Counted from the first letter of the stretch, positions 1-12,560 are shown. The stretch: DNA of 64,000 bases from the human T2T-CHM13v2.0 reference genome, Homo sapiens (GCF_009914755.1 NC_060940.1); one strand, 5' to 3'. Notes: generated from the sequence alone by a model not told the origin. Numbers and translations: made by a program.

Positions 1-166
<166 letters not shown>

Positions 167-174
167 TTACTGTA

Positions 175-1042
175 CCATATGTCCTCACTTAACTTCATTG
201 CTAGGTTCTTGAAAACTGTGACTTTCAGGGAAATGAAATATAATGAAAGCAATTTTACTGTATGCTAAATGGTATAAACAAGAGTTAAATTCTTACGGCA
301 CGTTCCTGGTCACAAAAACATTACCAAACTTCTTAATAAAGACCCAAAACACTTCTAATATTAAACATTGAAATAAAGATGAGCTATACATACATTTAAG
401 AAAGATGAATAAAAACAAGTAAGATAATCGTTTGCTCAATTTTTGGTGAATCAGTGAGTGACGGTGGTCGTAGTGGTGGTGGGTTAAATCAAGGAATAAA
501 GGTTTGCAAAGCGAAAATTGTCAGGGGCACCTCCTGCCACCGTGCAGTTTGAAAACAAACAATTCCAACTAATGGCAGACTGACTGAGTGCTTTCTTACT
601 GCATTGTTTTTTATTGTGCATTTTTATGATTATTATACACAGTACTTCATGAGTTTTTGTTTTACAATACTTCGTATTAATTAATTCACCTTCCAAATTG
701 CTTAGTCTATAATAGTTTAGGGTCTTGGGTGGCCAAAGCCTCTGCTAGCACAGGGTAGGAACTGACCCTGGACAGGACATCATTCCATCGCAGGGCACAC
801 TTACACCCACGCTCACACTCACTCATACTGGGGCAATTTAGATGTGACAGTTCACTTCACATGCACAACTTTGGGATGTGGGAGGAAACCAGAGGACCCG
901 GGGAAAACCCACACAAACATGGGGAGAATGTACAAACTCCACACACAGGGTGGTCTGGGCCAAGAGTTAGTGTTTTTTTTTTTCTCATCAACATTATAAT
1001 AAAACAACATTGAAGAAAACAGCATTATATGATGTCTGGATG
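175..1042 (-). mobile_element. MER6 non-autonomous TcMar-Tigger DNA transposon, about full length
   Basis: Matches recalled MER6 consensus (GTCCTCACTTAAC...CACAAAAACATTACCAAACTTC...GGGATGTGGGAGGAAACC...CTCATCAACATTATAA); about 870 bp; TA at both ends (173-174, 1043-1044). Confidence 0.85.
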
Positions 1043-1409
1043 TATTTATTGTTCATGATGGCCAGGTCTTCCTGCATTGTTGTTTGAGTCAGTCACAGTG
1101 AGTTGGCATTGCTACAAGTCACTGAGCAAAAGGCCCTCGCCTGGCTCATTCGCCAATGAGTCTCCTGTGCCTGAAACAAAGCTTGGTAAATAGTAGATGC
1201 TCAGTAAATACTAACTGAATAAATGAGTGAGTGAGGTTTACTGGAGAAGGGATCAAGAACCTGAATTGATTTAGCTCTCCCCACATGATTATGGGATGAA
1301 GCCATGATAATTACTGGCACAAAACATTCATTTTATACATAATGGAAGTATAACCAGGGATGCAAAGTGATTTGCTCCAAGGGTGCTCAGTTAATTTATT
1401 CAATGACCA

Positions 1410-2240
1410 GTCATTCCTCTCCTTGATTTAACAAACATTCATTGAGCACCTACAGTGTTGCTGATGATATTAAAACCTCAGTTTCTATCAAAAAGCATAA
1501 GACATTGCCCCCACCCTTGATAAGCCATGACTTGGTAGTGGGTTCACATACATAAACAAAGGATCATATTGCAATGTACCATGATCTAGTATTTACACAC
1601 ATGATGTGCTGAAGGAATACAGATGAAGGAACATCAATTCTGCCTTGGGGCCCAAAGAAACCAGTTGGGAAAGTTATATTTAGGATGAGTGAGGGACACG
1701 GAGGTTCAGAGGTCCTCAGGCAGTTAAAGAGGGAGTAGGGTAGAAGGTGCAGGATAGGTATGGGCACATGGAAGGTCATGGAACTGGCCAGTCACCCAGT
1801 GAGGCTAGAGTGGAACACTGCTCACGTAGGCAGGAAGAAAGGTACTCCAGGTAGAAGTAACAGCAAAGTCAAAGAAAGCAGTCGGCAAAGAGATTTGTAA
1901 GTTTGAAGAATTAAAAGATGAACCATAGGAATGAAGGAGAGTGTGGCAAGAAATGTACTTTGACAGAGAGAACTTGTGCCAGGTCATTCTGGTCTTTGTA
2001 GGCCATGATAGAGAGTTCAGATTTTGTTCTAAATACAATCAAAGCCATTAGGAATTGTAGGCACTGTACTTCCAGTGAGCTAAGTTTTGGGGTCAGTCTG
2101 GTCACTGTGATGGAGCAGAGAGGGCAGGGAGGAGAGTCATCAGGAGGCTGTAGGTGCAGACCAGGGGAAATGCCAGTTAGACTACACTATGCTGTGGCGG
2201 TGGGAATGGAAGGACCTGATGTGCTTTCCTGAAATGTAGT
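1410..2240 (-). mobile_element. L2 LINE 3' fragment
   Basis: CATTC...AAACATTCATTGAGCACCTAC tail and L2-like antisense body; boundaries approximate. Confidence 0.7.
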
Positions 2241-2442
2241 TGGGGCGTGTCACATGCTTGAGTTCTGTGTCCCTACCCTCTCTCACTGACCCATAGTCGG
2301 ACAGACCACACTGCCACTGGGCCCATCGGGAGGCAGGGATGGGATTCAAGGAAGACTTGTTGGTTTGGATGGAAACACAACAGAGTATAGAATAAACTTT
2401 TTTTCAAATGTTGTTTCAATTTAATTCAGTAAGCATTGGAGA

Positions 2443-2990
2443 TGTATTTTCATCAGAACCCTCTCAATTTTAAGGGGTTAATGTCTAACTCAAATGGGAA
2501 ATGTATAGTTCACTTAACTGAAAAGGTCCAGGGAGTTGAGTTTTAGGCAAAACTGAATACAGGGGCTTGAATCTTGTTAAATGGTTTCTCTCCATCTCTT
2601 GGCTCTACTTTTTTCTATGGTGACTTCACTCTCAGGCAGGGTCTTCCCATGTGATACCGGCTATTGGCAGACTCAGATCTGTAGCCTTATAATTTCACAA
2701 CCCCAGCAGAGAGAGAGAGGGCTGCTATTACTGAACAGTCCTTGCAGAGGGCTGGCAATGATTTGCCCAGTTTGGGTCCCATGAACACGGTACAGGTACT
2801 GTGCCAGATGAACTGCTGGAATTGGCTACGCTAGGGTCACATGGCCAGCTCTGCAGCTGGGGATGGAGTCACCCTTATTTTCATGGACCAAGTATGGAGA
2901 GTGAGGTGATTTCCCAAAGACCCACTAGGACACTGGTATGTGGAGAACATGAGAGATGGCAGGTAGACAGAAGGACAGGTACCTACTACG
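2443..2990 (-). mobile_element. MLT1 (K/L-like) MaLR solo LTR
   Basis: CTAACTCAAA...CACTTAACTGAAAAGGTCCAGGG...TCCATCTCTTGGCTCT...GATTGGCTACGCTAGGGTCACATG pattern. Confidence 0.65.
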
Positions 2991-3644
2991 AGCACCTGCC
3001 ATTGTATGCAAGCTCTGCCTAGTTCTCCTGCAGGAAGTTCAGGAGTGAATAATTCAGTTCCTATCCCCAAGATGCTCACAGGGTACCAGGGATGCAGATA
3101 CATACATATAAGCCTTTTTCACGTGAGCCCACCTGTGAAGAGTGCCCTGATTTGATGGCATGTCCAGCACCAGGAAGCTCTGACTGCTTTTACTCAAATG
3201 GCACCTGGGGCCAAGGCACATGTTTTCTCACATTTCTATTTTAAGAGTCAATAAATCATTTCTGGTACCTTAACTGGATATTAAATCAGGGTGTTTTTCT
3301 TGTCCCCTAATACAGGGCCAAGATGTCTAAAGTTGACCTTCAGTCTAGTCCAACATCTGGAAATGAGTACTAAAGCCACCAGCACAGACAAAAATGGAGA
3401 ACAGGTGGACCTGGGGAACAGTCTGGGGAAGGAGGGGTTCCACATGAGAAGTTACCTGCAGGGAGCAGTTGGGTGGCTTGAGTTCCAGCCTGAGAATGAT
3501 TGTAATGTATCTCCTTAAATCCGTGTATGTAGGTGGCACTCTGTTCCTCCTTATCCTTGTATTTCATCTGCTCTCAGGGCTGTGTTTCTTTGCTTCTTGT
3601 GGGCTTTTGCTTTTCAGTTCAGCACATATTTATTGAACCTTTTT

Positions 3645-4088
3645 GTGGGGACTGGCTAGTTATTCACCAGCTCTCTTCCTTCTTTGTCTTGGGAACATAG
3701 CTAGGTTATATTCCCCAGCCTCCCTTAAGTTCTCTGTGACTGGATTCTGGTCTGTGGGATGTGGGATGATGTAAAGTCCACCTTACTTCAGCAAAACCTC
3801 CTGTGAAGTTCTCCATGCAAATTTGCCCTATTCCTCTGTCTGCCACCTGGAAGAAGAGGATCTGGTGGGGGACAGTGGAGCCACAAGATGGAAAGAGGAG
3901 TCTAGGTTCCTAAATGACAGCAAGGAGTTGTCAATCATCCAAACTCCTGTGCAAATACAAAACTCCACACCAGATTGCGACAGGAGTGAAAGATAAATCT
4001 TTACAATGTTCACTTGTTGAAATTTTGGAGTTATTTTCTTTTTGTTTTTGCTTTAGAATATAGAATTTAGCCTACCTTGAGTAATCAG
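3645..4088 (+). mobile_element. MLT1 (I/J-like) MaLR solo LTR
   Basis: TG start, CCCAGCCTCCCTT, GGAGCCACAAGATGGAAAG, ATAAATCTTT...AAATTTTGGAGTTATTT. Confidence 0.65.
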
Positions 4089-4227
4089 AGTTAAAAAAAA
4101 TATAAGAAATTGTGCCATGTGCTAGGTTCTCAGTGTTGAGCAAAGCAGGTGCTGCTCTGGCCTTGATGGAGTTTTCAGTCTTACCTGTTATTTTTTCTAT
4201 TCCCACTCCGTCTTCCACTCCTTGCAG

Positions 4228-4272
4228 GCAATAACAGATGATGTTGGGGGCAATAGTCTTGAAATAACTCTG
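4228..4272 (+). other. Candidate 45-nt internal exon of an unidentified transcript (only frame 0 open: AITDDVGGNSLEITL)
   Basis: About 47-nt AG-free pyrimidine tract ending TCTTCCACTCCTTGCAG| and donor CTG|GTAAGT; no transcript data. Confidence 0.5.
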
Positions 4273-4529
4273 GTAAGTGCCCAGCAGAGCCAGATGCTGG
4301 GCTGAGTTTTGAAAATGAACAACTTCATTGGTACTCTCTGAGCCTTTCTTGGAGTGGGGCTTGTCTGTGGGTCACAGCCTGATCCTTTAGGCCTTGTGAA
4401 GCTTGAAAGATCCTACAATTGTGCAGGGTAAAGAGGTTTTTTGTTATATACACAAATTGTACTTTTTCTTATTTCTCATTTTTGTTCTCAGACAAGTCCT
4501 TCTAATTAGTTAGAATTTCATTAATCCAG

Positions 4530-4596
4530 TCATCCTTCCATCCATCTATCCATCTATGCATCCTTCCGTCCATCCATCTATCCATCCATCCATCCA
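4530..4596 (+). repeat. (TCCA)n microsatellite
   Basis: CATCCTTCCATCCATCTATCCATC...CATCCATCCATCCA. Confidence 0.9.
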
Positions 4597-4629
4597 TATA
4601 TTTATTCTTTAGAGGTAGTTTTATTAATA

Positions 4630-5920
4630 ATAGTTGTCTTTTGTCAAATGCTCATTTGCCAGGTGCCATGCTATTGATATGACTAGTCCTTTTTAATTCA
4701 AATGACAGTCCTACAAGGCAGGTGCCATGATTATCACTTAATAAATGATAAACTGAGGCCTTGAGACATTTCTTCAGAGTATGATCCCATATATGTTTTG
4801 GTAGAGCCTAGATTCATAGTCATGATGCTGTCCTTCATTCTACATTTATTGGGATGCCCTCAAATGCCATGTCTGATGGAGGCATCCCCACCTAGAGTAG
4901 CTGACTTGAAGGAGTTCACACTGTATGTGTGTGCACATGTGTGAAGATGGATAGTCAAAAGAGACTGTCATGTAAACAAGTAATGCAATTGGAAAGGTGC
5001 TGTGCAAAGTAGCTGAGAGAATCACAGGGCCCTGTGAGAGACTGGAAGGCACCCAGATGATCCAAGGTGATGGCCAAACCTACAAACAGGGGAGCCAGGG
5101 ACAAGAGCAGGGATGACTGAATCTAGAGTCAGACTGATCGTACACCCTCAATCTTCCAGTTGGATGTCCTTGGCCGGGTCAGCCATTCTCTCTGTGACTC
5201 AGCTTCCCCACCTATAAAATCAGGATAATTTAGCTCATACTTAAAGGGTAGTTTTAAAGATTAAATAAGATGGCTTCTTAAGGATTAACTGAGATAATAC
5301 ATTTTAAATAGGGCTTGGCAATACTAAGTTCTTGATAAATATTAGCTTATTTTGTGATAATGATGGTCATGGTGATGGTGATGATGGTGTTGATGGTTGT
5401 GCGGATGGTGATGGTGATGTTGATGGTCATGGTGATGGTGATGATGACAGTTGTGCTAATGGCGATGATGATGATTTGGAACTAGAATCAAAAGAATGTT
5501 TTCCTGCTGTTTCCCTCATTGCAAATAACGTACATATGTCTCTTTCCCCATACTCGTTATTGTCTCTCAAGTTCTGAATTGTCCCAGCTCTATCACCAAA
5601 CCAGGTTTGTGGCCTTGGGCAGAGCATAAAAGATGTCTTGGCTTATTGTTCTCTCTATAGTGAGGGAGAATAGTGGGTTCTGGAGCTGGACTGTCTGGCT
5701 TACAAGCTAGCTCCACCACTTAGCAGCAGGATACCCTTGAGGAAGTCATGCAACTCCTCAGAGCCCCAGCTTTCTCATCTGAAAAATGGGGATGAAAATA
5801 GTAACTGCCACATTTAGGTGTTTTAAGGAATGGTAAAATGATCTGCATAAAACTATAAGCCTCATTCCTGGCACATGGTGACCTCTTAATGAATGCTAGA
5901 TATCCTCATTTTGAAATTAA
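4630..5920. mobile_element. Cluster of MIR SINE fragments (~4630-4840, ~5120-5350, ~5660-5900)
   Basis: MIR core motifs AAACTGAGGC, CTCAGCTTCCCCACCTATAAAAT, CTTTCTCATCTGAAAAATGGGGAT. Confidence 0.75.
5355..5476 (+). repeat. (GAT/GGT)n degenerate trinucleotide repeat with a 60-bp higher-order period
   Basis: TGATGGTCATGGTGATGGTGATGATG at both 5361 and 5421. Confidence 0.85.
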
Positions 5921-6524
5921 GAGGTGCCTTCAACTTTACTTGGTGGCTTTTCTCTATACATTGTACCTTTATTTTTACTTTGGAAAGTTGTATGCAGTGC
6001 CCCGAATGCTGACTTGTAAACTGATTTGAACACCATCCTCATTCCTTTTGGCTCTCTGAGAAATGTTCTTTTTTAATGAATATGATAGCAAGACTTACTT
6101 ATTACCAGGTTATTTCAGGCAAGAGTGATTTTTAACTCATTAACCAGATAATTATTGCAGTTCTCCAGTTACCTTTCTGTTCATAGACTTAATAAGGCCT
6201 GAGGTTATGTGGCAGAGTTTTCTTGGCTAAGATGGGAGAATTATTAAAGCTCTCAGGTGAAGGTGTGAAACCTTTGGTGCACAGAGGGTGGCCGTGCCAT
6301 TCAAGCAGTCCGTGATGGTGAGAGGGAGCTCAGCTGCTTAGGGAACTGGTACAGGGTTTCATTAATCATGGGACATTTCTGGTGTACTTGAAAATGTTAG
6401 TTTTACTTATGGGAAAGATATCCAGACGTAAATGTGTGTGTGCTGTGTGCATGTGCGCACGGTAGGTTATACAGCACCAAGGGGTCAAATAGACTGGTTG
6501 ACTGTATCCTGTAGTGGTTTGGAG

Positions 6525-6848
6525 CAGGTGTTGGCAAACTTTTCCTGTAAAGTAAATATTTTAGCCTTGGCAAGCTATAAGATCTTCATCACAGCTACTC
6601 AATTCAGCCAATATAGTATAAAAGCAGCAAGAAGATACATATAAGTGAGGATGTGACTGTGTTCCAACAAAACTTTATTGTGGACATTGCAGCTGGAATT
6701 TCATATAATTTTCATGGACCACAAACTGTTATTTTCTTTTGACATTTTTCTACTGTTTACAAGATAAAAACCATTCTTTTCTCATGAGCTGTTCAAAAAC
6801 AGGTGGTAGGTGGGATCTTGCTGGTGGGCTGTTGTTTGCTGACCTCTG
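6525..6848 (+). mobile_element. MER58B hAT-Charlie element
   Basis: TIR-like ends CAGGTGTTGGCAAAC / GTTTGCTGACCTCTG; internal GTTCCAACAAAACTTTATT...GGAATTTCATATAATTTTCA. Confidence 0.85.
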
Positions 6849-7770
6849 GATTACAGTCTGCATCTGTTGCAGCTTATTTCAAGCACCGCTTGTTTCATTA
6901 TTTACTTTATCGCCTTGGGCACACTCCATAAGTAGTCAGTGCCTCAGTCTCCTCTTCTGCAAAAGAGAAATCAGAGACTTCCTATGTTGGTAGAGAAAAT
7001 TTGTAAGAGTTAGCAGAGATTAAGTGCCTTAAACAGTATCTGGTGCGTAGCACCCCCTTGAGAAATACTAGCTTTTATTGTTTTCATTGAATTACTGTCT
7101 CATGGAATTCTTACAACTACATCATGAGGAAAATAGTATTAATAGTATTATCCCCATTTCCCAGATGAAAACACTGAGGCACAGAGCTGTAGTCTGTCTG
7201 AGGCCAGAGTTAGACCATGACTTACTTATTTACACAAAGCAGCAGGGACCTGTCTTTGATGATGAACAAGTCCAAATTACTACAAAACTGCTTTTGTTCT
7301 TCTTCTAATGAAGTGCCCAGGATTCCCATCCATCAGAAATTGCCTGTGCCTATTAGAAACTGTCATTTGGCAAGGGGATGAGGGCGGCGGCGGTGGTGGG
7401 GTTACAAGATGCGCAGGTGGTATAGGGAAGGAGTGGCAAATCAAATGACAGCAACAGAGCAGCCGTTACTGCATTTTATTTTTTTGGCATTTTCTTCCAT
7501 TGTTCTCCTTTGTGGACACACTCTGGTGTTTGCACTGGGGGCATCCCTGTTGTATTTGTAAATCCCTGGAGGTTGCAGTTGTAAAATGTGCCTTTATCCT
7601 CTCCCATTGCATTTTTTTTCCTCTCTAATGCACCAAATTAGAAGATTGACTGATTTTCGTTTTCCCTGGAAGGTAAAATTTCAGCTTAAATCACAAATGT
7701 CTGTGATGCACTTAGCAGCCACCGCAGCTTCTAACCAGTAACCATTCCTCCTTATTCCCTCTCTACCCAG

Positions 7771-7867
7771 GAGAATATTCAGGTCTATTGTGATTTCGAG
7801 ATGCATTAGCCGCACTTAGAGTTAAGGATCAACTTTGGCTTCTGTGGAAGCTGCTGAGATTTAAAGG
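7771..7867 (+). other. Candidate 97-nt exon, stops in all three frames (non-coding or NMD-type)
   Basis: Branch point-like CTAAC (~7731), tract CCATTCCTCCTTATTCCCTCTCTACCCAG|, donor AGG|GTAAGA. Confidence 0.5.
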
Positions 7868-8509
7868 GTAAGAGCTCATCCCATTTAGAACATGGTGTAT
7901 TCTTTCCCTCCTTGCTCATATCATTTATGAAAGGATAAAAGACTGGAGAAAGTGTCAGAGTAGATTCTGGAGGTACTTATATTGCTAGGACAAAAAAAAG
8001 AAATCACATTACCAGTAGCTGGCTTAGTTCTGCATGTTACTATGTGATCAGTTTCCAAAGTTCTTCGTCTTGGAAGACAGGCAGCCCCAACCTACGGGAA
8101 TCTGCTCACCCTACAATGGTGAGCAGACCCACTCCACCCATCTTTGCCATTCAAGTCTACAGCATTTGAACAGATCAGCCCGTTCTGTGTCAAGAAACTC
8201 CTTATGCATGTTCTGGACACAGCCCTGTGTCTCTGCAGGTTCAAATTCCCCTGAATGAGAGAAAAGTTAGAATCTTCCCTTCGTATCTCAGCTTCTCTAC
8301 TCATTACTCAAACCCTTGGGAAAGCTGCTCTATTACTTATTATGTCTGCTTCCTCTGGAAAATGGCAGGGTAATATGAATACCTTATTTATAGGGCTGCT
8401 GTGAGAATCAATATTTGTAAAACACCTGGAAGAGAGCTTGACACATACAAAGCACTCCAAAAATGTTCTCTGGCATTAAAAACATTTGATAATATGGGCT
8501 GGGAGGGAT

Positions 8510-8657
8510 CACACTGCTTCTCAGATGCAATCCTTCAATGGCACCCCATTTCTTGTAAAAATAAATACTAATCTCCTCAACCTGGCTTACAAGGCCTTGT
8601 TCAGTTTACCCTTATGGGCTTGTTCTATCCATCCACTTTTCCTCCCCAGCGACACGG
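8510..8657 (+). mobile_element. L2 fragment, left part, interrupted by Tigger1 and MER63
   Basis: CCTTCAATGGC...CTCCTCAACCTGGCTTACAAGGCCTTG; resumes at ~12200. Confidence 0.65.
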
Positions 8658-8659
8658 TA

Positions 8660-11066
8660 CAGGCACACCTCAGAGATATTGCAGGTTTGGTTCTAGACCA
8701 CAGCAATAAAGTGAATATTACAATAAAGAGAGGCATACAATTTTTTTTTTTGTTTCCCAGTGCATATAAATAATAAACTACAGTTACGCTGTAGTCTATT
8801 AAGTTTGAAATAGTATTATGTCTAAAACGTGTGCATACCTTAATTTAAAAATACTTTATTGCTACAAAATATGAATGATCATTTGAGCCTTCAGGGAGTC
8901 ATAATCTTTTTGCTGATTGAGGGTCTTGCCTTGATGTGACATTGATGGTTTCTGGCTGATCAGGGTGGGGGTTGCTGAAGGCTAAGGTGAATTGGCAGTT
9001 TCTAAAAAGAAGACCACAATGAAGTTGTCTGCATCAACTGACTGTTTCTTTTACAAAAACTTTCTGTAAAAATTTTGTATAGCATGTGATGCTGTTTGAT
9101 AGCATTTTACCCACAGTAGAACTTCTTTCAAAATTGGAGTCTACCCTCTCAAGCCCTGCTACTGCTTTATCAACTGGTTTAGGTACTGTTTTAAATCTTT
9201 TGTTGTCATTTCAACAATGTTCACAGTATCTTCCCAAGGAATAGAATCCATCTCAAGAAACCACTTTCTTGGCTCATCTATAAGAAGCAACTCCTCATCT
9301 GTTCAAGTTTTATCATGAGATTTCAGCAATTCAGTCACATCTTCAGGCTCTATTTCTAATTATAGTTGTCTTTCGGTTTCCACCACATCTGCCGTTACTT
9401 CCTCTACTGAAGTCATAAAGCCCTGAAAGTCATCTATGAAGGCTAGAATCAACTTCTTCCAAACTCCTTTTAATGTTGACACTTTGACCTCCTTCCATGA
9501 ATCATGAATATTTTTAATGGCTTCTAGAATGGTGAATCCTTTTCAGAAGGTTTTCAGTTCACTTTGCCCCGATCCATCAGAGGAATTACTATCTCTAGCA
9601 GCAACAGCCTTACAAAATGTTATTTCTTTAATAATAAGACTTGAAAGTTGAAGTCACTTCTAGATCCATGGGCTGCGCAATAGATGTTACATTAACAGGC
9701 ATGAAAAAACTAGTCTCGTACATCTCTATTAGAGCTCTTGGGTGACCAGCTGCATTGTCAATAGGCAGTGATATTTTGGAAGGAATTTTTTTTTTTTTCT
9801 GAGCAGTAGGTCTCAACAATGGGATTAAAATATTCAGTAAAGCATGCTGTAAACAGATGTGCTGTTAGACAGGCTTTTTAAAAGTAGCACTGCAAGAGTA
9901 ATTTAGGATGATTATTTAGGGCCCTAGGATTTTCAGAATGGTCAATGAGCATTGGCTTCAACTAAAAGTCACTGGCTGTTTAGCCCCTAACAAGAGAGTC
10001 AGACTGTCCTTTGAAGCTTTGAAGCCAGGCAGTGACTTCTCTCTATCTAGGCAATTCCTAGATGGCATCTTCTTCCAGTATAAAGATGTTTTATCTACAC
10101 GAAAAATCTGTTTAGTGTAGCCACCTTTGTCGATGATCTTAGCTAGATCTTCTGGAAAACTTGTTGCAACTCTCTACATCAGCTCTTGCTGCTTCATCTT
10201 ACACTCTTATGTTATGAAGAAAGCTTTCTTTAAACCTCATGAACCAAACTCTGCTAGCTTTCAACCTTTCTTCTGTAGTTCCTTACCTCTCTCAGCCTTC
10301 AGAAAATTGAAGAGTGTTAGGGCTCTGGATTAGGTGTTGGCTTAAGGGAATGCTGTGGCTGGATTGATCTTCTATTCAGACCACTTAGACTTTCTCCCCA
10401 TCAGCAATAGGACTGTCTTACTTTTATATCATTTGAGTTTTCACTGGAATGGCACTTTTTATTTCATTCAAGAGCTTTCTTTTGCATTCACAACTTGGTT
10501 GATTGGCCTAAGAGGCCTAGCTTTTGGCCGGTCTTGGCTTTCAACATACTTTCCTCACTAAGAAGCTTAATCATTCTAGCTTTTGATTTAAAGTGAGAGG
10601 TATGCAACTCTTCCTTTTCCTTGAGCATTTAGAGACCATTGTAGGGTTATTCATTGGCCAAATTTCATTATTATGTGTCTCAGGTAATAGAAAGGCCTGA
10701 GGAAAGGGAGAGAGAGGGAGAGGAAAGGCTGGTTGGTGGAGCAGTAAGGCCATACACATACAACATTTACCTATTACGTTAGCCTTCTTGTATGGGCATG
10801 GTTTGTGGCATCCCAAAACAGTTACAATAGTAACATCAAAGATCACTGATCACAGATCACCATGACAGATATCATAATAATTTGAAAGTTTGAAATATTG
10901 CAGGAAAGACCAAAATGTGACACAGACAAGAAGTGAGCACATTCTGTTGGAAAAATGACACCAATACACTTGCTCAATGCAGGGTTGCCAGAAACCTTCA
11001 ATTTGTAAAATATGCAGTATCTGCAAAATGAAATAAAGTGAAGCACAATCAAACAAGGTACACCTG
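8660..11066 (-). mobile_element. Full-length Tigger1 DNA transposon (about 2.4 kb)
   Basis: TIRs CAGGCACACCTC / AAGGTACACCTG, TA at 8658-8659; transposase remnants MVSKCSRKRKSCIPLTLNQKLE and IDNAAGHP...QPMDLEVTSTFKSYY. Confidence 0.96.
9270..10639 (-). pseudogene. Disrupted Tigger1 pogo-like transposase (HTH plus DDE)
   Basis: ATG at 10639; frameshift and stop immediately after NQKLE; DDE-domain fragment in ORF 9628-9819; 3' boundary approximate. Confidence 0.85.
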
Positions 11067-11091
11067 ATGTCTTTCAGTTGGCTTAAGGTAA

Positions 11092-12197
11092 TAATTGCTG
11101 CAGCCAGCTCAGTCCAGCCCAGATTTGTTACATTTTCATGAATTTTTCAAATGTTTTGTTAAATACAGCTATCATTAAAAATTAAATTGCATCAACTTAT
11201 AATTAAGTTATATTAAAAGAAGGGTAATATGGGCACAAAACTGACCATTTCCTGATTATTTTACTACATTTTACTATTTTCTATGCTTATTTAGTCCTGT
11301 TGTTTATGTATGGTGAAATCTATATAATGGGGAACAGCTGCTCATAGCTGCCAGCACTTCATTCAGTGAAGTCACATTGGCAGCTTGAAGCTGGCCATGC
11401 CGGGAGTATTTATACGACAGGAACTGGCAAACACCTCAGGGCTAGATGTCTTGTTTTTGAACTAGAATGGCAGTCAGCAAACTTTTTTCTGTAAAAAGCT
11501 AGAGGAGTATCCTAGGCTTTGTGGGCACCGAACCCTCTGTTGCAATTACTCAACCCTGCAGCTGAAGAGTGGAAAACAGTCATAGAATATACATATATAA
11601 ATAAATGAGTATGGCTGTGTTTCAATAAAACTTTATTTACCAAAACAACAGGCTCACAGTTTGCTGAACTCTAGTCTAGACTTACAAAAGTGATAGAGAA
11701 AACATAAAGAATGCAAATTAAATTTTAAAAATGTGTTGATTCTGGTAGCTGTTACATTGTATATTGCCCCCCAGAACACAGGACATATTCTTTAAACATT
11801 TGAAAAGTATTTTGGGATTCAGCAAAGAAGCTGCTCAAGACATTGACAAATAAGTGAAATTCTGACTTAGGTCATTGGTTTATTTTCAATCTTGCTTGTT
11901 CATTTAAATGGAAATGGCAATCAACATTGATATGGGAACCACACTTGCTCATCAGTTCTAACTGTAAGTTGGCTACAAGTGTAAGAGTTTGGAAAAAAAT
12001 CAACAAAAGCATTCTGTGAGAATCAATTGGCTGTGTGTACAATTTACAATATAGAAAATTGTGTGTTTTATTATTTGTAAATTATGTGTTACTTATCTTT
12101 GATATCAGTGAAATACATAATCAACATATATGTGCCTGGACATGCCTATATTGGTTTTTGTGTAGAGCCAATTATTAACATTACCAGAATATCACTG
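11092..12197 (+). mobile_element. MER63C-like hAT-Blackjack element, interrupted by MER58A
   Basis: GCAGCTTGAAGCTGGCCATG...GATTCAGCAAAGAAG...GCATTCTGTGAGAATCAATTGGCT...TTACCAGAATATCACTG. Confidence 0.8.
11468..11673 (+). mobile_element. MER58A nested in MER63
   Basis: GTCAGCAAACTTTTTTCTGTAAA...GGCTGTGTTTCAATAAAACTTTATTTAC...AGTTTGCTGAACTCT. Confidence 0.85.
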
Positions 12198-12199
12198 CT

Positions 12200-12560
12200 T
12201 GAATGGGGCATGTTCTCTTTAGCTTCCAGGCCTTTGAGTGGTTCCTCCACCTGAAACAATCTCTTCTTCCCTTTGCCTACCTAACTCCTCCTTCTTTGAT
12301 CTGCAGCTTAAATGTGACTTCTTCAAAAAAGACTTCTTTGATCCCTTCAGTACCAAATGAGTTCTTCCCTTTATGCACATTTTTCCTTGTGACACTTGAC
12401 TTAATTATAGTTAAATGATGAATTATGTGCTGGCTTATTACTTCCTTTTTACCAAAAGACTGCACGCTTCCCCAGGTAGATAGGTCCATCTTCTTTATCA
12501 TCGTGTCTTTGGAGTCTTACGCAGTTTGTTGAAATATTATGTTTGTAGCTGAACTGAATT
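12200..12560 (+). mobile_element. L2 fragment, right part
   Basis: CAGGCCTTTG...CAGCTTAAATGTGACTTCTTC, continuing the 8510-8657 fragment. Confidence 0.65.

Noticed and set aside
5332-5577. Asp/Gly-rich ORF
   Set aside because: It is produced by the (GAT/GGT)n simple repeat.
9628-11056. Tigger1 ORF fragments as a functional or domesticated (TIGD-like) gene
   Set aside because: There is a frameshift and stop after codon 22 and further disruptions; it is a fossil copy.
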